Source: Spirochaetaceae bacterium (lineage in GTDB: Bacteria; Spirochaetota; Spirochaetia; Sphaerochaetales; Sphaerochaetaceae). From it: a DNA stretch of 37,664 nt. Below, piece after piece: positions 36,175 to 37,664 of the stretch; position 1 is the stretch's first letter; each line of letters starts with the position of its first letter. The translations under genes were made by a program, and so were the position numbers. Location: NCBI GenBank assembly GCA_016649775.1, contig JAENWY010000001.1, forward strand, positions 1-37,664, in the 5' to 3' direction. Under the pieces are notes generated by a model. It made no database searches, was not told the origin of the DNA, and was given only the letters and a program-made list of their open reading frames with translations.

Positions 36175-37664
36175 ATGAACAACAAAATTATAATTTTTGA
36201 TACTACCTTGAGAGATGGTGAACAAGCTCCTGGTTATAGTATGAATTTAGATGAAAAATTGAAAATGGCGCATAGATTGGAAAAATTAGGAGTTGATGTA
36301 ATAGAGGCTGGCTTTGCCTTTGCATCTCCTGGAGATTTTGAATCTGTAAAAGCTATTGCTGAATCTACTGAAAATTTAATTGTAGCCTCTCTTTCAAGAG
36401 CTCTAAAAAAAGATATTGATGCTAGTGCAGAAGCAATCAAAAACGCTAAAAGACCAAGAATCCACACATTCTTAGCAACTAGTGATCTTCATTTAGAATA
36501 TAAATTAAAGATGAGTCGAGAAACAGCCTTAGAGCAAATTATTGATATGGTAAAATATTCTAGAAATCTATGTGATGATGTTGAATTTTCTCTTGAGGAT
36601 GCAACTAGAACTGATTTAGATTATATGTGTAGAGTAGTAGAGGCTGCAATTAAGGCAGGAGCTACTACCATTAATCTACCTGATACTGTGGGATATTCTA
36701 CTCCTTCAGATATTACTAGAATGTTTTCAACTGTTATTAATAATGTTCCAAATATTGATAAAGCTATTTTGAGTACACACAATCATAATGATTTAGGAAT
36801 GGCTCTTGCTAACTCCTTAGCAGCTGTGGCTGCAGGCGCTAGACAGGTTGAAGGTACTATTTGCGGAATTGGAGAGAGAGCTGGTAATACAGCAATTGAA
36901 GAGTTCGTAATGAACTTAAAAACTCGTCCTGATATCTATAATTACACTACTAATGTTGATAGCACTCAGATTTACAAGACTGCAAGACAATTATCTTCAA
37001 TTACAAATATAAAACCCTTTCCTTCAAAGTCAATTATTGGACAAAATGCATTTGCACATGAATCTGGTATTCACCAGCATGGTATTATGGCAAATTCATT
37101 GACCTATGAAATAATGACTCCTGAGAGTGTTGGCCTTATTAAAACAGAATTTGTTCTAGGTAAGCATTCAGGACAGCATGCTTTTGATAGCAGAATGGGA
37201 GCACTAGGATATCAATTTGAGAAAGACGAATCTAATAGATTATTTAAAGAATTTAAAACCTTATGTGATAGAAAGAAGACTATTAGTGACAGAGATTTAG
37301 TTGCTTTAGTTGAATCTACAGAAAAACCTGAAAAAAATGATTGGGTATTAGATCACTTTGTTGTAAACAGTGGTAACTTAATGACAAGCACCGCTTGTGT
37401 AACACTTAGACGTGGTGATGAAGTTAAAGAAACTGTGGCCTCCGGTACTGGTCCTGTATATGCTTCTCTTAGAGCAGTTGAAAAGATTATAGCTCGTCCT
37501 TTTGGCTTAGTTGATTATGATCTTCACGCTGTAACAGAACACAGAGATGCACAAGGTGAGGTTATTGTTAAGATTACAGATGGTAAAAACTTCTATAGAG
37601 GTCGTGGTATTTCCACCGATGTTATTGAAGCTTCTATTTTAGCTTGTATTGCCGCAACTAATCA
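36175..37664 (+). CDS. leuA: 2-isopropylmalate synthase, 3'-partial (runs off the window; absent from the ORF track)
   Basis: GGAG sits 7 nt before ATG 36175. Hand translation: MNNKIIIFDTTLRDGEQAPGYSMNLDEKLKMA...HNHNDLGMALANSLAAV..GA..VEGTICGIGERAGN...HESGIHQHG. This is the canonical LeuA catalytic barrel followed by the start of the regulatory domain. The frame is open to the last base. Confidence 0.93.
   Translation, partial: MNNKIIIFDTTLRDGEQAPGYSMNLDEKLKMAHRLEKLGVDVIEAGFAFASPGDFESVKAIAESTENLIVASLSRALKKDIDASAEAIKNAKRPRIHTFLATSDLHLEYKLKMSRETALEQIIDMVKYSRNLCDDVEFSLEDATRTDLDYMCRVVEAAIKAGATTINLPDTVGYSTPSDITRMFSTVINNVPNIDKAILSTHNHNDLGMALANSLAAVAAGARQVEGTICGIGERAGNTAIEEFVMNLKTRPDIYNYTTNVDSTQIYKTARQLSSITNIKPFPSKSIIGQNAFAHESGIHQHGIMANSLTYEIMTPESVGLIKTEFVLGKHSGQHAFDSRMGALGYQFEKDESNRLFKEFKTLCDRKKTISDRDLVALVESTEKPEKNDWVLDHFVVNSGNLMTSTACVTLRRGDEVKETVASGTGPVYASLRAVEKIIARPFGLVDYDLHAVTEHRDAQGEVIVKITDGKNFYRGRGISTDVIEASILACIAATN

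Noticed and set aside
36234-36467. Minus-strand ORF 36234..36467
   Set aside because: It is antisense to the highly conserved N-terminal barrel of leuA.

Overview
Strongly AT-rich bacterial chromosomal segment (roughly 30% G+C by eye, not computed). It uses the standard genetic code, and most genes have AGGAG-type Shine-Dalgarno sites.

Content in order:
(1) A minus-strand tRNA cluster: Leu-CAA, His-GTG, Lys-CTT, Gly-GCC.
(2) Housekeeping and envelope genes: TPR membrane protein, queH, cardiolipin synthase, TrpR/YerC-like protein, MGDG-synthase-like glycosyltransferase, DEAD-box helicase with a long repetitive R/G/S/D tail, DUF2804-like protein, PpiD-like chaperone.
(3) A patchwork, probably accessory stretch at ~11.8-21.2 kb. 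It holds a 576-bp intergenic region with an 18-bp inverted-repeat element, an IclR regulator, two tandem ABM-domain paralogs and a shortened IS with terminal inverted repeats. It also holds an esterase, a signal-peptide beta-barrel-like protein, an MMPL/RND exporter and a 5'-truncated BadF/GlcNAc-kinase-like remnant.
(4) FAD oxidoreductase, HTH + degenerate-Fic protein, deoD, D-aminoacylase-like amidohydrolase and a polar amino-acid ABC transporter. Then feoA-feoB plus a 50-aa Cys-rich ORF missing from the ORF track, a double-HAD fusion, a short DtxR/MntR-family regulator and an atypical receiver-AraC regulator.
(5) An Ile/Leu/Val-rich leader ORF followed by ilvN-ilvC-leuA. leuA runs off the right edge and is not in the ORF track.

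I found no rRNA, no CRISPR array and no recognisable multi-gene defence or toxin system, and I do not see a convincing novel multi-gene system. The most interesting signals are the candidate peptide-leader attenuator in front of an ilvB-less ilv/leu operon, the structured inverted-repeat element at 12.08-12.20 kb, and several catalytically degenerate domains (Fic, ImmA/IrrE, receiver). Envelope gene content (beta-barrel-like OMP, PpiD-like, MMPL, MGDG synthase) suggests a diderm, possibly spirochaete-like organism, but that is a low-confidence inference.
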